A DNA stretch of 64,000 nt from an uncultured Gemmatimonadales bacterium (GCA_963730185.1 CAVSQW010000015.1:384001-448000), one strand, 5' to 3'; numbered from the stretch's first letter, positions 45,362 to 55,105 are shown. A program made the numbers and translations. Notes: generated from the sequence alone by a model not told the origin.

Positions 45362-46824
45362 GCCGGCCTCGGCGGAACCACGGCGTGCCGGGCCAGGGCG
45401 ACGACCAGGGTGAGGCCGGTGCCGAGGGGCACGTACCAGGGCCAGGCCAGCCGGCCGATCGGGGTCAGGGCGGGGACGGTGCCCGAGAGTCGGCCGGCAA
45501 ACACCACCACCAGCATCGTCGCCGCGGTCACGATCACGCTCAGCCGGACATCGGCCGCCCGGATCCGGGGCAGGCCGGCCAGCAGGTAGGTGCCGAGCAG
45601 CGCGCCATAGGTGATCGAGGCGATGGAGAGCGCCAGCACCACCACCGGCGTGTCCGTGCCGGACGCGTAGCGATAGAAGCCCAGCGCCGCGCCGACCAGG
45701 CCGACGCCCCAGATCGCGGAGAGGGCTCGGCCCACCCGCATCAGGTGGTGGGGGTCCGACCGGCCGGTGAGCGGCGCGTAGAAGTCGTGGGTGACGGCCG
45801 AAGCCATGGCGTTGATCGACGAGCTCAACGTGCTCATCGCCGCCGCCAGGATCCCGGCGATCACGAGGCCCGCGGCTCCGACCGGGAGGAAACGGGCCAC
45901 GAAGGTCGGGAAGAGCTGATCGCCCGTCAGGTCGGTCGGGGCCTCGCCCGCCGCCCACATGGCCGACCCGACCAGCAGGAAGAGCAGGAACTGGAGCAGC
46001 ACCACCACGCCCGAGCCGATCAGCGCGCGGCGGGCGTCTCGGAGCGAGTGGGTCGCGAGCAACCGTTGCACGATCAGGTGGTCGGTCCCGTGTGACGCGG
46101 CGGAGAGCAGCGCCCCGCCCACCAACCCGCCGGCGAAGGTGTAGGTGGAGGTGAGGTTCAGCGCGAAGTCGAAGAGACGGAGCTTGCCCGCCGCGGCCGC
46201 CAGCCCCAGGGCCGGGCCGGCCCCGCCGGCCATCTGCCAGGCCACCCCCAGCGCGATCACCCCGCCCCCGACGTAGATCGCGAGCTGGACCACGTCGGCC
46301 CAGACCACCGCCTTGAGCCCGCCGAAGCAGGTGTACACGATGGTGATGAGTCCCATCCCGACGATGGCCATCGGGATGCTCCACCCGGTGACCAGGGCGA
46401 GCGGAATGGCGCCGGCGTAGATCCGGACCCCGTCGCCGAGAAAGCGGGTCACCAGGAACGTCGCGGAGATGAGGCGCCGGGTGCCGCCGCCGAAGCGGTG
46501 CTCGAGCCGGGTGTAGGCCGTCTCCTGCTCGCCCCGGAAGTAACCCGGGAGGAGCCACCAGGCCACCACGATCCGACCGACCAGGTAGCCGATCGGGAGC
46601 TGCAGGAAGGTCAGGTCGCCGCGGGCCCCGATTCCGGGCACCGAGATCACGGTGAGCGCCGAGGTCTCGGTGGCCACGATCGAGAGCATCACGGTCCAGG
46701 CGGGGAGCGAGCGGGCGCCGAGGAAGTAATCGTTCGCCGTCCGTTGCTTCCGGGTGACCCAGAGCCCGACGCCGAGGGTGGCGGCGAAGTAGACCCAGAC
46801 GATCGCGAGATCGGCGGGCCGCAC
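45358..46824 (-). CDS. Sodium:solute symporter (SSS)
   Basis: DYFLGARSLP, SIVATETSALT, GGLKAVVWADVVQ, SHGTDHLIVQRLL, AAAMSTLSSSINA. Confidence 0.92.
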   Translation of the reverse strand: MRPADLAIVWVYFAATLGVGLWVTRKQRTANDYFLGARSLPAWTVMLSIVATETSALTVISVPGIGARGDLTFLQLPIGYLVGRIVVAWWLLPGYFRGEQETAYTRLEHRFGGGTRRLISATFLVTRFLGDGVRIYAGAIPLALVTGWSIPMAIVGMGLITIVYTCFGGLKAVVWADVVQLAIYVGGGVIALGVAWQMAGGAGPALGLAAAAGKLRLFDFALNLTSTYTFAGGLVGGALLSAASHGTDHLIVQRLLATHSLRDARRALIGSGVVVLLQFLLFLLVGSAMWAAGEAPTDLTGDQLFPTFVARFLPVGAAGLVIAGILAAAMSTLSSSINAMASAVTHDFYAPLTGRSDPHHLMRVGRALSAIWGVGLVGAALGFYRYASGTDTPVVVLALSIASITYGALLGTYLLAGLPRIRAADVRLSVIVTAATMLVVVFAGRLSGTVPALTPIGRLAWPWYVPLGTGLTLVVALARHAVVPPRPA

Positions 46825-47525
46825 CTACCAGTGACCCCGCTCGCCCATGGCGTCGATGGCCCGGGCCAGGCGCAGGCCGCCGTTCCGCTGGTTGGCCTCG
46901 GCCGCGTGGGCGGCGCGGTCCGGGTGGCCGGCCGCGATGGCGCGGATGACGGCCTCGTGCTCGGCCAGGGAGGGCTGCATCCGGTGGGCCAGCAGCACGA
47001 CGTAGAGCTGGTCGTACCGAACGGCGTGGGGACGTATGGTCTCGAGCAGGGCCTGGAGCCGGGGCCCGGCGCCGGCGTCGATGAACTGCGAGTGGAGGGC
47101 GTCGTCGAGCTCCAGGAACCGCTGCTGTGACGGATCGCTCTTCTTGCTCTCGGTCCGGAGCTCGGCGTTGAGCCGCCGCATCTCGGCGGCGATCGCTCGC
47201 CGGCGGGGTGCCGGGAGCGAGGCCGTGTTCCGGGCCGCCACGCCCTCGAGCGCCGCGATCGTGTCGAACAGCTCCACCGCGTCGGTCCGGGTCAGGGGAG
47301 CCACCTGGCTCAACGAGTGCTTGAGCCCCGGGAGGGTCACCACGTAGCCTTCCTGCTCCAGCCGGTCCAACGCCGCCCGGACCGGGGTGCGGCTCACCCG
47401 AAACCGCCCGGCGATGTCCTTCTCGACCAGGCGGGTCCCGGGTGGAGCCGGCCCACCACGATCAACTGGCGGAGCTCGCGATAGATTCGGGCCGCGCGGT
47501 CGCGGGTCTCGGTCGTGGCCGTCAT
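46825..47525 (-). CDS. GntR (FadR/FCD) transcriptional regulator; apparent frameshift at about 47440
   Basis: IYRELRQLIVVGRL(H)PG / TRLVEKDIAGRFRVSRTPVRAAL winged HTH; FCD domain DDALH..SLAEHEAVIRAI. Confidence 0.85.
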
Positions 47526-47644
47526 GCGATGGAGCGTCCAGTCGGGGGAGATCGGAATATGCCCCGGATCGCCGGGCGAGCCCAAGGGCGGTGCCCGCCG
47601 GCAACGGGGTGCGCCGCTGGCAGCCGTCGGACCGTCAGCCCGCC

Positions 47645-47678
47645 AAACGAAAGCGGGAGCGCCGTCGAGCGCTCCCGC
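47645..47678 (-). terminator. Rho-independent terminator after the IscA/ErpA gene
   Basis: GCGGGAGCGC/GCGCTCCCGC 10-bp stem, then TTTCGTTT on the minus strand. Confidence 0.8.
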
Positions 47679-47702
47679 CGGGTCCCGCTGGACGGCGATG
47701 GG

Positions 47703-48068
47703 TCAGGCCGTGAAGCTGCTCCCGCAGCCGCACCCGCCGGTGGCGTTCGGGTTCTCGAAGGTAAACCCCGAGCCCTGCATCGACGTCACGTAGTCGACCG
47801 TGATTCCGCTGAGGTAGGGCAGGCTGAACCCGTCGACGAACACCCGGATCCGCTCGACCTCGACGATGATGTCGTCGTCCAGCGGGGTGTCTTCGATGTT
47901 CAGGCTGTATTTGAATCCGGAACAGCCGCCCGGCAGCACGCTGACCCGAAGCCCGCCGGTGTCGACGGCCACGTTCTCGGCCGCCATGAACTTGAGAACC
48001 TCGTCCGTCGCCCGGGGCGTCAGCGTAATGCCGATGCCTTCGGTGGTGCCTTTTTCGGTCGTGCTCAT
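47703..48068 (-). CDS. A-type Fe-S cluster carrier (IscA/ErpA/HesB)
   Basis: LRVSVLPGGCSGFKY, FENPNATGGCGCGSSF. Confidence 0.95.
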   Translation of the reverse strand: MSTTEKGTTEGIGITLTPRATDEVLKFMAAENVAVDTGGLRVSVLPGGCSGFKYSLNIEDTPLDDDIIVEVERIRVFVDGFSLPYLSGITVDYVTSMQGSGFTFENPNATGGCGCGSSFTA

Positions 48069-48115
48069 GGCCCTCTCCCTCGTGTGGGTGGCGACTTGCC
48101 ACCCAAGCCCAATGG

Positions 48116-48145
48116 AAGCTAAGGAGCGGGCTCGACGGCTGTCAA
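48116..48145 (-). promoter_or_regulatory. Sigma-70-type promoter for the IscA/ErpA gene
   Basis: TTGACA (48145-48140, containing the upstream TGA)-N18-TAGCTT; leader hairpin TGGGTGGC/GCCACCCA at 48085-48105. Confidence 0.6.
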
Positions 48146-49320
48146 TGCGGAGCTCCCTCCAGCGCCTCGACCACCCGGTCGGCGACCAGACCGCGGAGCG
48201 GCCCCAGCCGGGGGTTGTTCCGGGTCGGATGGACGCGGTTGGAGAGCAGCACGATCACCAGGGCCCGGGTCGGATCGATCCAGATCGACGTGCCGGTAAA
48301 TCCCGTGTGGCCGAAGCTCTGGTCCGACAAGAGGTTCCCGGCACTGCTCCCGGACGAGGGCGTGTCCCAGCCGAGGGCCCGGCTCGAGCCCGGGACCAAG
48401 TCTTGCCGCCGGGTGAACGCCTGGGCCGTGGCGGGACGGGGAAGCCGGGGACCCCCGGTCGTGTCGCCCCGGACCCGGTTCATCAGCCACTCCCCGAACG
48501 TCAACAGGTCGCGGGTCGACCCGAACAGCCCGGCGTGGCCCGAGACCCCGCCCAGAAAGGCGGCGTTCTCGTCGTGGACCTCGCCATGCACGATCCGCCC
48601 CCGCCAGGGGTCGCGCTCGGTCGGCGCGATCCGGGACAGCCACGACTTAGGCGGACGGTACCGGGTGTCCTTCATCGCGAGCGGTCCGAAGATCCGTTCC
48701 TGGGCCAGCCGGTCCAGCGGCGCCCCATAGAGGCCCTCCACCACCCGGCCGAGCAGGATGGCACCCAGATCGGAGTAGACCATCCGGACGCCGGGGACCG
48801 TGTCGAGCGGGGTCGCCAGGACGAGGGCCAGGGCGCTGTCGCGGTCGGGCGCCTCGCGCCAGAGTGGGCGATGGGCCGGCAGCCCGCTCGAGTGGGTGAG
48901 GAGGTGGCGGATGGTGACGGCGTGCTTGCCCGGCCCGACGAACCGGGGCAGGTAGGTGTCGACCGGCGCGTCGAGATCGAGCCGGCTCTCGTCGACCGCC
49001 TGCATCGCGAGGGTGGTGAGGGCGATGACCTTGGTCAGTGACGCGAGGTCGTACACGGTCGACGAATCGGGTTGCCGGGGGTCGTCGATACCCAGGCGCC
49101 CGGCGCTGTGGAAGTAGCGCGCCCCGCCGATCGAGACCCCGACGACCACGCCCGGCGCCGCGCTGTCGGCCACCGCGGAATCGACCGTCCGGGCCAGATC
49201 GCGCCAGTCGCACGGGGCGGCGCCGCAGCGGGGCACCGGGGCGCCGGCTGGTTCGGCCCGCCCGCAGGCGGCGGCCAGGGCCAGGGTGGGGAGCAGCCTA
49301 ACGAGCGGTCGAGTCCGCAT
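48142..49320 (-). CDS. Beta-lactamase-like serine hydrolase lipoprotein (AmiE/YbbE-like)
   Basis: DLASLTK, YSDLG, GEVHDENA, GHAGLF, FGHTGFTGTSIWIDP; lipobox LAAAC; follows nagZ. Confidence 0.88.
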   Translation of the reverse strand: MRTRPLVRLLPTLALAAACGRAEPAGAPVPRCGAAPCDWRDLARTVDSAVADSAAPGVVVGVSIGGARYFHSAGRLGIDDPRQPDSSTVYDLASLTKVIALTTLAMQAVDESRLDLDAPVDTYLPRFVGPGKHAVTIRHLLTHSSGLPAHRPLWREAPDRDSALALVLATPLDTVPGVRMVYSDLGAILLGRVVEGLYGAPLDRLAQERIFGPLAMKDTRYRPPKSWLSRIAPTERDPWRGRIVHGEVHDENAAFLGGVSGHAGLFGSTRDLLTFGEWLMNRVRGDTTGGPRLPRPATAQAFTRRQDLVPGSSRALGWDTPSSGSSAGNLLSDQSFGHTGFTGTSIWIDPTRALVIVLLSNRVHPTRNNPRLGPLRGLVADRVVEALEGAPH

Positions 49321-51049
49321 AGCGCGCCGTCGCCGAACGAGTGAGGCCGTCGCCGATCCGGTAGAACGGCGGCAGGTCGATGGGCAGGTGGCCCGTGATC
49401 GGCGCCCCCGCCAGCGCCCGGGCGGCGGCCCGCTCGGTGAGTGGGTTCGCGGTCCAGGCGAGGAGGTAGCCGGCCGAGCTCGGCGCCTGGGCCAGAATGT
49501 ACGGCGATCCGAACGAGACCACGATCTCGGGGCGGGCCCGGGCGGCGCCCTCCAGGAGCCTGCCCAACGGGTCCGGAATGGCCACGCTGCCCTTGGACGA
49601 CTGCACCCGGACCGATACCAGCACCAGCGGCTGCCCGCCCCCGGCCAGGGCCGTCGCGGCCGAGTCGTAGCTGGCCGGCCCGCTGGTGGAATACAGCCGG
49701 AACGGCGGGGCCACCCGGTACCCCCGGGCTCTGAGCTCGGCTGCGAACGCGTTGCCCAGGGTGGCGCCGTTCGCCTCGCCGAAGGTGACCAGGCTGATCG
49801 GTCCCGGCGTCTGCCGAAGCCGCTCCACCACGGCGAGGGAGTCGCGGGCCAGCACCATCGCCCGGGCCGAGACGGCGGCCGCGGTGTCGAGGAAGGCCTG
49901 GCGTCCCACCACCTCGGGAATCCGGTCGAGCGATACGGTCCGCCGCTTGAAGAGATGGAGCCGATCCTTGGCGGCCAGCACCTTGGCGACCGAGCGTGCC
50001 AGTCGGGCCCGCGAAATCCGTCCGCTCCGAACCGCGGTCACCACGGCCCGGACCGCTTCGGCCGGATCGGTCGGCTTGAGGAGCACGTCGGCGCCGGCTT
50101 GGAGCGCCAGCACGGCGGCCTCGCCCTCGCCGTAGGTGGCGACCAGCGCGCCCATGTCCAGCGCGTCGGTCACCACGATGCCCCGAAACCCGAGCGAGTC
50201 GCGGAGCACCTGGGTGAGAAAGAGGGGGGAGAGCGTCGCCGGCCGGATCGCGCCACCCTCCACCACCGGGTCGGCCAGGTGTCCGGACATCACCGCGTCG
50301 ACCCCGGCCTTCACCGCCGCCTTGAACGGCACCAGCTCGACCCGATCGAGCCGGTCCCACCCCGCCCGGACCACGGGGAGCGAGAGGTGCGAGTCGACGT
50401 CGGTATTGCCATGACCGGGAAAGTGCTTCACGGTCGCCATCACGCCGGCGTCCTGGGTGCCACGCACCGCCGCCACGACCAGCCGCGCGACGGCCGAGGG
50501 ATCGGCGCCGAAGGAGCGGGTGTTGATGATCGGATTGGCCGGATTGTCGTTGACGTCGGCCACCGGGGAGAAGGTCCATTGCACCCCGACCGCGCGTCCC
50601 TCGAGCGCGGTGATGCGTCCCATCTGGTAGGCGTCCTGCTCCCGACCCGAGGCGCCTACGCCCATATTGGTGGGGAACGGCGTGCCGCCGTCGAAGCGGT
50701 AGGCCGACCCGCCCTCGAGGTCCGACGCGATCAGGAGCGGGAGCCGGGAACGGCGCTGGAGATGATTGAGCTGGGCGGCGATGTCGAGCGGCGACCCGAT
50801 CGAGACGACGATGCCCCCGACGTGGAGCGAATCGACCCAGCGCACCGCCTGGGCGAAGGTCTCGGCGTCGAACCCGCTGTAGGCCCCGGTGATCCAGGGC
50901 ATGACCAGCTGGGCCGCCTGGTCGGGAAGCGACATGGTGCGCATCAGCTGCCGCACCCGAGGGCTGGGGGCCGGGCGCCGCTGGGCGGCGGCCGGACCGG
51001 CCAGGGCGGCGCTGATGCCTAACGCAAGGACGAGAGTTCGATGAGGCAT
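49298..51049 (-). CDS. nagZ: GH3 beta-N-acetylhexosaminidase, secreted
   Basis: ASDLEGG, SPVADVN, NTRSFG, KHFPGHGNTDVDSH (NagZ motif), VTDALDM; signal peptide from ATG 51049. Confidence 0.9.
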   Translation of the reverse strand: MPHRTLVLALGISAALAGPAAAQRRPAPSPRVRQLMRTMSLPDQAAQLVMPWITGAYSGFDAETFAQAVRWVDSLHVGGIVVSIGSPLDIAAQLNHLQRRSRLPLLIASDLEGGSAYRFDGGTPFPTNMGVGASGREQDAYQMGRITALEGRAVGVQWTFSPVADVNDNPANPIINTRSFGADPSAVARLVVAAVRGTQDAGVMATVKHFPGHGNTDVDSHLSLPVVRAGWDRLDRVELVPFKAAVKAGVDAVMSGHLADPVVEGGAIRPATLSPLFLTQVLRDSLGFRGIVVTDALDMGALVATYGEGEAAVLALQAGADVLLKPTDPAEAVRAVVTAVRSGRISRARLARSVAKVLAAKDRLHLFKRRTVSLDRIPEVVGRQAFLDTAAAVSARAMVLARDSLAVVERLRQTPGPISLVTFGEANGATLGNAFAAELRARGYRVAPPFRLYSTSGPASYDSAATALAGGGQPLVLVSVRVQSSKGSVAIPDPLGRLLEGAARARPEIVVSFGSPYILAQAPSSAGYLLAWTANPLTERAAARALAGAPITGHLPIDLPPFYRIGDGLTRSATARYADSTAR

Positions 51050-52249
51050 CTGGGTCTGGTCGCGCTGCTCGGGTCGTTGGTGGCGTCGGGGCCGGCTCCT
51101 CCGGTGGTCCGGCCCGGACTCGAGGTCCTGCTCTCCGACAGTCTGGCTCTGGTGCGGAACCGCCGCGTGGGCCTGGTGGCCAATCAGGGCTCGATCGACA
51201 GCCGCGGGGTCTCCGCCGTGGACCGGCTGCTCGGCGCCGGCGTGAACCTGGTAGCGATCTTCAGCCCGGAGCACGGGTTCCGCGGCGTCGTCGACCCCGG
51301 CGTGCAGGTGCCCTCGGCCACCGATTCCGCCACCGGACTCCCAATCTACAGCCTCTATGGCCCGAGCCACGGGCCCTCGGACTCCTCGCTGGCCCGGGTC
51401 GACGTCATCCTGGTCGATCTGCCGGACGTCGGCGCCCGCTACTTCAGCTACCTCGGGACCACGCTGGCGGTGATGAAGGCCGCGGCCCGGGCGGGGAAGC
51501 CGGTCGTGGTGCTCGACCGGCCCGACCCCATCGGCGGCCGGCTGGTCCAAGGCAACGTGCTCGACTCCGCCTGGCGCTCGATGGTCGGCAGCCTGACCGT
51601 GCCGATGCGCCCCGGTCTGACGCTGGGCGAGCTGGCCCGGTTGGGCAACGACGAGCTCTCGATCGGCGCCGACCTGGTCGTCGTGCCGGCGGCCGGCTGG
51701 CACCGCGACCAGGACCTGGCGGCCGCCGGGTTGCCCTTCGTCCATCCCAGTCCCAACCTGCTCGATCTCGAGGCCCTCTACCACTATCCCGGTAGCTGCC
51801 TCTTCGAGGGGACGGCTCTCTCGGTGGGCCGGGGCACCGACGCGCCGTTCCGGCAGATCGGCGCGCCCTGGCTGAACCCCGATCGGGTCATCCGCCGACT
51901 TCGCTCGGAGCGTTTGCCCGGCATCCGGTTCGAGTCGGTCCGGTTCACCCCCCACCAGCCGGGCGACGGCAAGCTGGCCGACACCACCGCGCGGGGCATC
52001 CGCCTGGTGCTGACCGACCGGGCGAGCTACGACCCGACCGCGACCGCCGTCGCCCTCCTGGTGGCGATCCGGTCGCTCTATCCCGATCGGATCGACTTCC
52101 GGCCGGCGCAGTTCGACCGCCTGGCCGGCGGTCCCGCTCTTCGCGAGGCGATCGAGCGGGGCGAGCCGGCCCCGCGAATCGTGAGCGGGTGGGCCGCCGC
52201 GCTCCGAGCCTTTGGGGTCCGCCGCGATCGCTATCTCCTCTATCGATGA
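51041..52249 (+). CDS. namZ: Exo-beta-N-acetylmuramidase (DUF1343/YbbC)
   Basis: RVGLVANQ, IFSPEHGFRG, PIYSLYG, DVGARYFSY, VLDRPDP, SPNL, EGTALSVGRGT. Confidence 0.88.
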   Translation: MRHLGLVALLGSLVASGPAPPVVRPGLEVLLSDSLALVRNRRVGLVANQGSIDSRGVSAVDRLLGAGVNLVAIFSPEHGFRGVVDPGVQVPSATDSATGLPIYSLYGPSHGPSDSSLARVDVILVDLPDVGARYFSYLGTTLAVMKAAARAGKPVVVLDRPDPIGGRLVQGNVLDSAWRSMVGSLTVPMRPGLTLGELARLGNDELSIGADLVVVPAAGWHRDQDLAAAGLPFVHPSPNLLDLEALYHYPGSCLFEGTALSVGRGTDAPFRQIGAPWLNPDRVIRRLRSERLPGIRFESVRFTPHQPGDGKLADTTARGIRLVLTDRASYDPTATAVALLVAIRSLYPDRIDFRPAQFDRLAGGPALREAIERGEPAPRIVSGWAAALRAFGVRRDRYLLYR

Positions 52250-52941
52250 GGGTGGCCGGCTCGCTTGCCCTGCTGGCGGTCCCCCTGCTGCTCGGATCGC
52301 CGCGGCCGCTCCCGGCCCAGGGCGGCGGTGTCCGCGACACCATCCTCTCGGCCGACGGTGCCACCGTGCGGGTGCGGCTCAGGCGAGGCGGCCGGCCGGC
52401 GGCCGTGTTTTTGGCCGCGGCGGAGCGGCCCGCCGAGTGGGATCGGCTCGCTTCGCTTGCCGCCGCCCGCCTGGCGATCACCGTCGTCACGATCCGCTCG
52501 CTGGATGGGGCCGCCGATGAGGAGGCCCGGGTCCGGGCGGTGAAAGGGGCGATCGGGCAGCTCGGCCTTCCGGCCCCGCTGATCGTGGTGGCGGAGGCCG
52601 CCGTGGCGACTGAGGCCGAGCGGTTCGCGGTGCGGTGGCCGGCGATGGTGGCCGGCCTGGTGCTGCTCGACCCCGTCACCGCGGAGGTGCGCTCGGCGCT
52701 GGGCCAACCGAGGGGGCCGCCGATCGGGCTGGGCCGGCAGGTCCCGGTCCGGGTGGTCTCGGCCGGCCGCCGCTGGGGCCGGGACGGCGACCGGGTGATC
52801 GCCGCGCAACAGGGGCTGGCCCGGGCCTCGAGCGACGGCCGGGCCTGGGTCGCCTGGGCCGTCACCGGTTCGGTCGCCGAGGAGGCGCCCGAGCTGGCGC
52901 TGGCGGCCCTCTCGGATCTGGTCCGCAGGCGCCGACGGTGA
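52246..52941 (+). CDS. Secreted hypothetical protein, degenerate alpha/beta-hydrolase-like
   Basis: Signal peptide; PAPLIVVAEAAVATEAERFAVRWPAMVAGLVLLDP; ATGA overlap with namZ. Confidence 0.6.
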   Translation: MRVAGSLALLAVPLLLGSPRPLPAQGGGVRDTILSADGATVRVRLRRGGRPAAVFLAAAERPAEWDRLASLAAARLAITVVTIRSLDGAADEEARVRAVKGAIGQLGLPAPLIVVAEAAVATEAERFAVRWPAMVAGLVLLDPVTAEVRSALGQPRGPPIGLGRQVPVRVVSAGRRWGRDGDRVIAAQQGLARASSDGRAWVAWAVTGSVAEEAPELALAALSDLVRRRRR

Positions 52942-53068
52942 GCCCGGTCACGCCGGGGTCACAGCCGGAGGCCAGATTGCGACCGATTCGGAGGTCGGTT
53001 ACTTTTGAGGGCTGTAAGTTGTTGTGGGAATTGAATCTTAGCGATCAGTGGGCCGGCCTTGGAGGCGG

Positions 53069-53740
53069 GTGAAACTCGTTACGAAGTCTCTCGAGCGCGC
53101 CTTTTTCGCTCTCACGGAGCCCTTCGTCGGGTGGCTTCTCCGGCGCGGTGTACGACCCAACACGCTCACGACCGTGGGCGCGCTGGTGGTGGTCGCCTCC
53201 GGTGTGGCCTTCGGCGTCGGCCAGGTCCGGTGGGGCGGCGCGCTGCTGCTCCTGAGCGGCGTGGTCGACACGTTCGACGGGCAGGTGGCGCGCCGGAGCG
53301 GGACGGAGTCGCGGTTCGGCGCGTTTTACGACTCCACCCTCGATCGGGTGGGCGACGGCGCCACCTTCATCGGGATCGCCGTCTACCTGCTCACCGCGCC
53401 CGACGTGCAGTTCCGGCTCGCCTCGGCGATCGTCTGCATGGTAGCCGTGGTGAGCTCACTGCTGGTGTCGTACGCCCGGGCCCGGGCGGAGGGGCTCGGC
53501 ATCGACTGCAAGGTCGGGCTGGTGCAGCGGGCCGAGCGCTTGGTCGGGATCGGCATCCCCACGGTGCTGGTGGGCGCCGGGCCCCACGCGCTCGTGCTGG
53601 AGGTCATCGTGCTGTTGCTGGCCACGCTGTCGACCATCACGGTGGTCCAGCGATTCGTGTACGTGTATCGGGTGACCGATGGGGCGCCCGCGGAACAACC
53701 CCAGGAGTCGGGGCTGGTGCGTCCCGCTCCCGAACCTTGA
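53069..53740 (+). CDS. CDP-alcohol phosphatidyltransferase (phosphatidylinositol-phosphate synthase-like)
   Basis: PNTLT, DTFDGQVAR..GAFYDSTLDR, SYARARAEGLG, QRAER; GGAGG RBS. Confidence 0.88.
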   Translation: MKLVTKSLERAFFALTEPFVGWLLRRGVRPNTLTTVGALVVVASGVAFGVGQVRWGGALLLLSGVVDTFDGQVARRSGTESRFGAFYDSTLDRVGDGATFIGIAVYLLTAPDVQFRLASAIVCMVAVVSSLLVSYARARAEGLGIDCKVGLVQRAERLVGIGIPTVLVGAGPHALVLEVIVLLLATLSTITVVQRFVYVYRVTDGAPAEQPQESGLVRPAPEP

Positions 53741-53755
53741 GCAAGGAACACCTTC

Positions 53756-55093
53756 GTGCCTGACCGGACTACTCGCAAGATCGCGCCCGCTTCGGGCAAG
53801 CTCGGTGTGCTGTGCGTTGGACTCGGGGCGGTCGCCTCGACCTTCATGGCGGGGGTCGAGAACGCCCGCCGCGGTCGAGCTCGGCCGTTCGGCTCGCTCT
53901 CGCAGATGGCGACCATCCGGCTGGGGAAGCGGACCGACAACCGGAATCCGCTGATCAAGGATTTCGTCCCCATTGCGCAGCTCGACCAGCTGGTGTTCGG
54001 GGCCTGGGACCCGATTCCGGACGACGGCTACGAGTCGTGCCTCAAGTGCGGCGTGCTCGACCGGCACGAGCACGTCGAGCCGATCGCCGCGTTTCTCAAG
54101 GCCATCAAGCCGATGCCGGCCGTGTTCGATCAGAGCTACGTCAAGCGGCTCCAGGGTCCCAACGTCAAGACCGGCAAGACCAAGAAGGACCTGGCCGAGG
54201 CGCTCCGGAAGGACATCCGCGAGTTCAAGCAGGCCAACGGTTGCGACCGTCTGGTGGTGGTGTGGTGCGCGTCCACCGAGATCTTCATCTCGCCGGGACC
54301 GGCCCACCAGTCGATCGCCGCGTTCGAGAAGGCCATGGAGGCCAACGATCCCTCGATCGCGCCGTCGATGCTCTACGCCTATGCCGCGATCATGGAGGGA
54401 GTGCCGTTCGCCAACGGCGCGCCCAACCTGACCTGTGACTTCCCGGCGATGGAGACCCTGTCGCGCGAGAAGGGGGTCGCGATCGGGGGGAAGGACTTCA
54501 AGACCGGGCAGACCATGATCAAGACCGTGCTCTCGCCGATGTTCAAGGCCCGAATGCTGGGTGTGGCGGGGTGGTACTCCACCAACATCCTCGGCAACCG
54601 GGACGGCGAGGTGCTCGACGATCCGGAGAGCTTCAAGACCAAGGAAGAGTCCAAGCTGGGCGTGCTGGAATACATCCTCCAGCCCAAGCTCTACCCCGAG
54701 CTCTACGGCAAGCTCTACCACAAGGTCCGGATCAACTACTATCCGCCCCGGGGCGACAACAAAGAGGGGTGGGACAACATCGACATCTTCGGGTGGCTGG
54801 GCTACCCGATGCAGATCAAGGTCGACTTCCTCTGCCGCGACTCCATTCTCGCGGCCCCGCTGGTGCTGGATCTGGCGCTCTTCTTCGACCTGGCCCAGCG
54901 GTCCGGCCTGAGCGGGGTGCAGGAGTGGCTTTCGTTCTACTTCAAGAGCCCCCAGGTGGCGCCGGGCCTCTATCCCGAGCACGACCTCTTCATCCAGCAG
55001 ACCAAGTTCAAGAACACGCTGCGCTGGCTCATGGGCGAGGATCAGATCACCCATCTCGGCATCGAGTACTACGACGAGTACGCCAAAGACTGA
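53756..55093 (+). CDS. ino1: myo-inositol-1-phosphate (inositol-3-phosphate) synthase
   Basis: GLGAVAST, GGKDFKTGQT, STNILGNRDG, GDNKEGWD, RDSILAAPLVLDL, SFYFKSP. Confidence 0.93.
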   Translation: MPDRTTRKIAPASGKLGVLCVGLGAVASTFMAGVENARRGRARPFGSLSQMATIRLGKRTDNRNPLIKDFVPIAQLDQLVFGAWDPIPDDGYESCLKCGVLDRHEHVEPIAAFLKAIKPMPAVFDQSYVKRLQGPNVKTGKTKKDLAEALRKDIREFKQANGCDRLVVVWCASTEIFISPGPAHQSIAAFEKAMEANDPSIAPSMLYAYAAIMEGVPFANGAPNLTCDFPAMETLSREKGVAIGGKDFKTGQTMIKTVLSPMFKARMLGVAGWYSTNILGNRDGEVLDDPESFKTKEESKLGVLEYILQPKLYPELYGKLYHKVRINYYPPRGDNKEGWDNIDIFGWLGYPMQIKVDFLCRDSILAAPLVLDLALFFDLAQRSGLSGVQEWLSFYFKSPQVAPGLYPEHDLFIQQTKFKNTLRWLMGEDQITHLGIEYYDEYAKD

Positions 55094-55105
55094 GGCACCC
55101 GAACG

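Noticed and set aside
48142..51049. NagZ-beta-lactamase fusion split by a frameshift
   Set aside because: The downstream gene has its own ATG, signal peptide and lipobox, supporting two genes.
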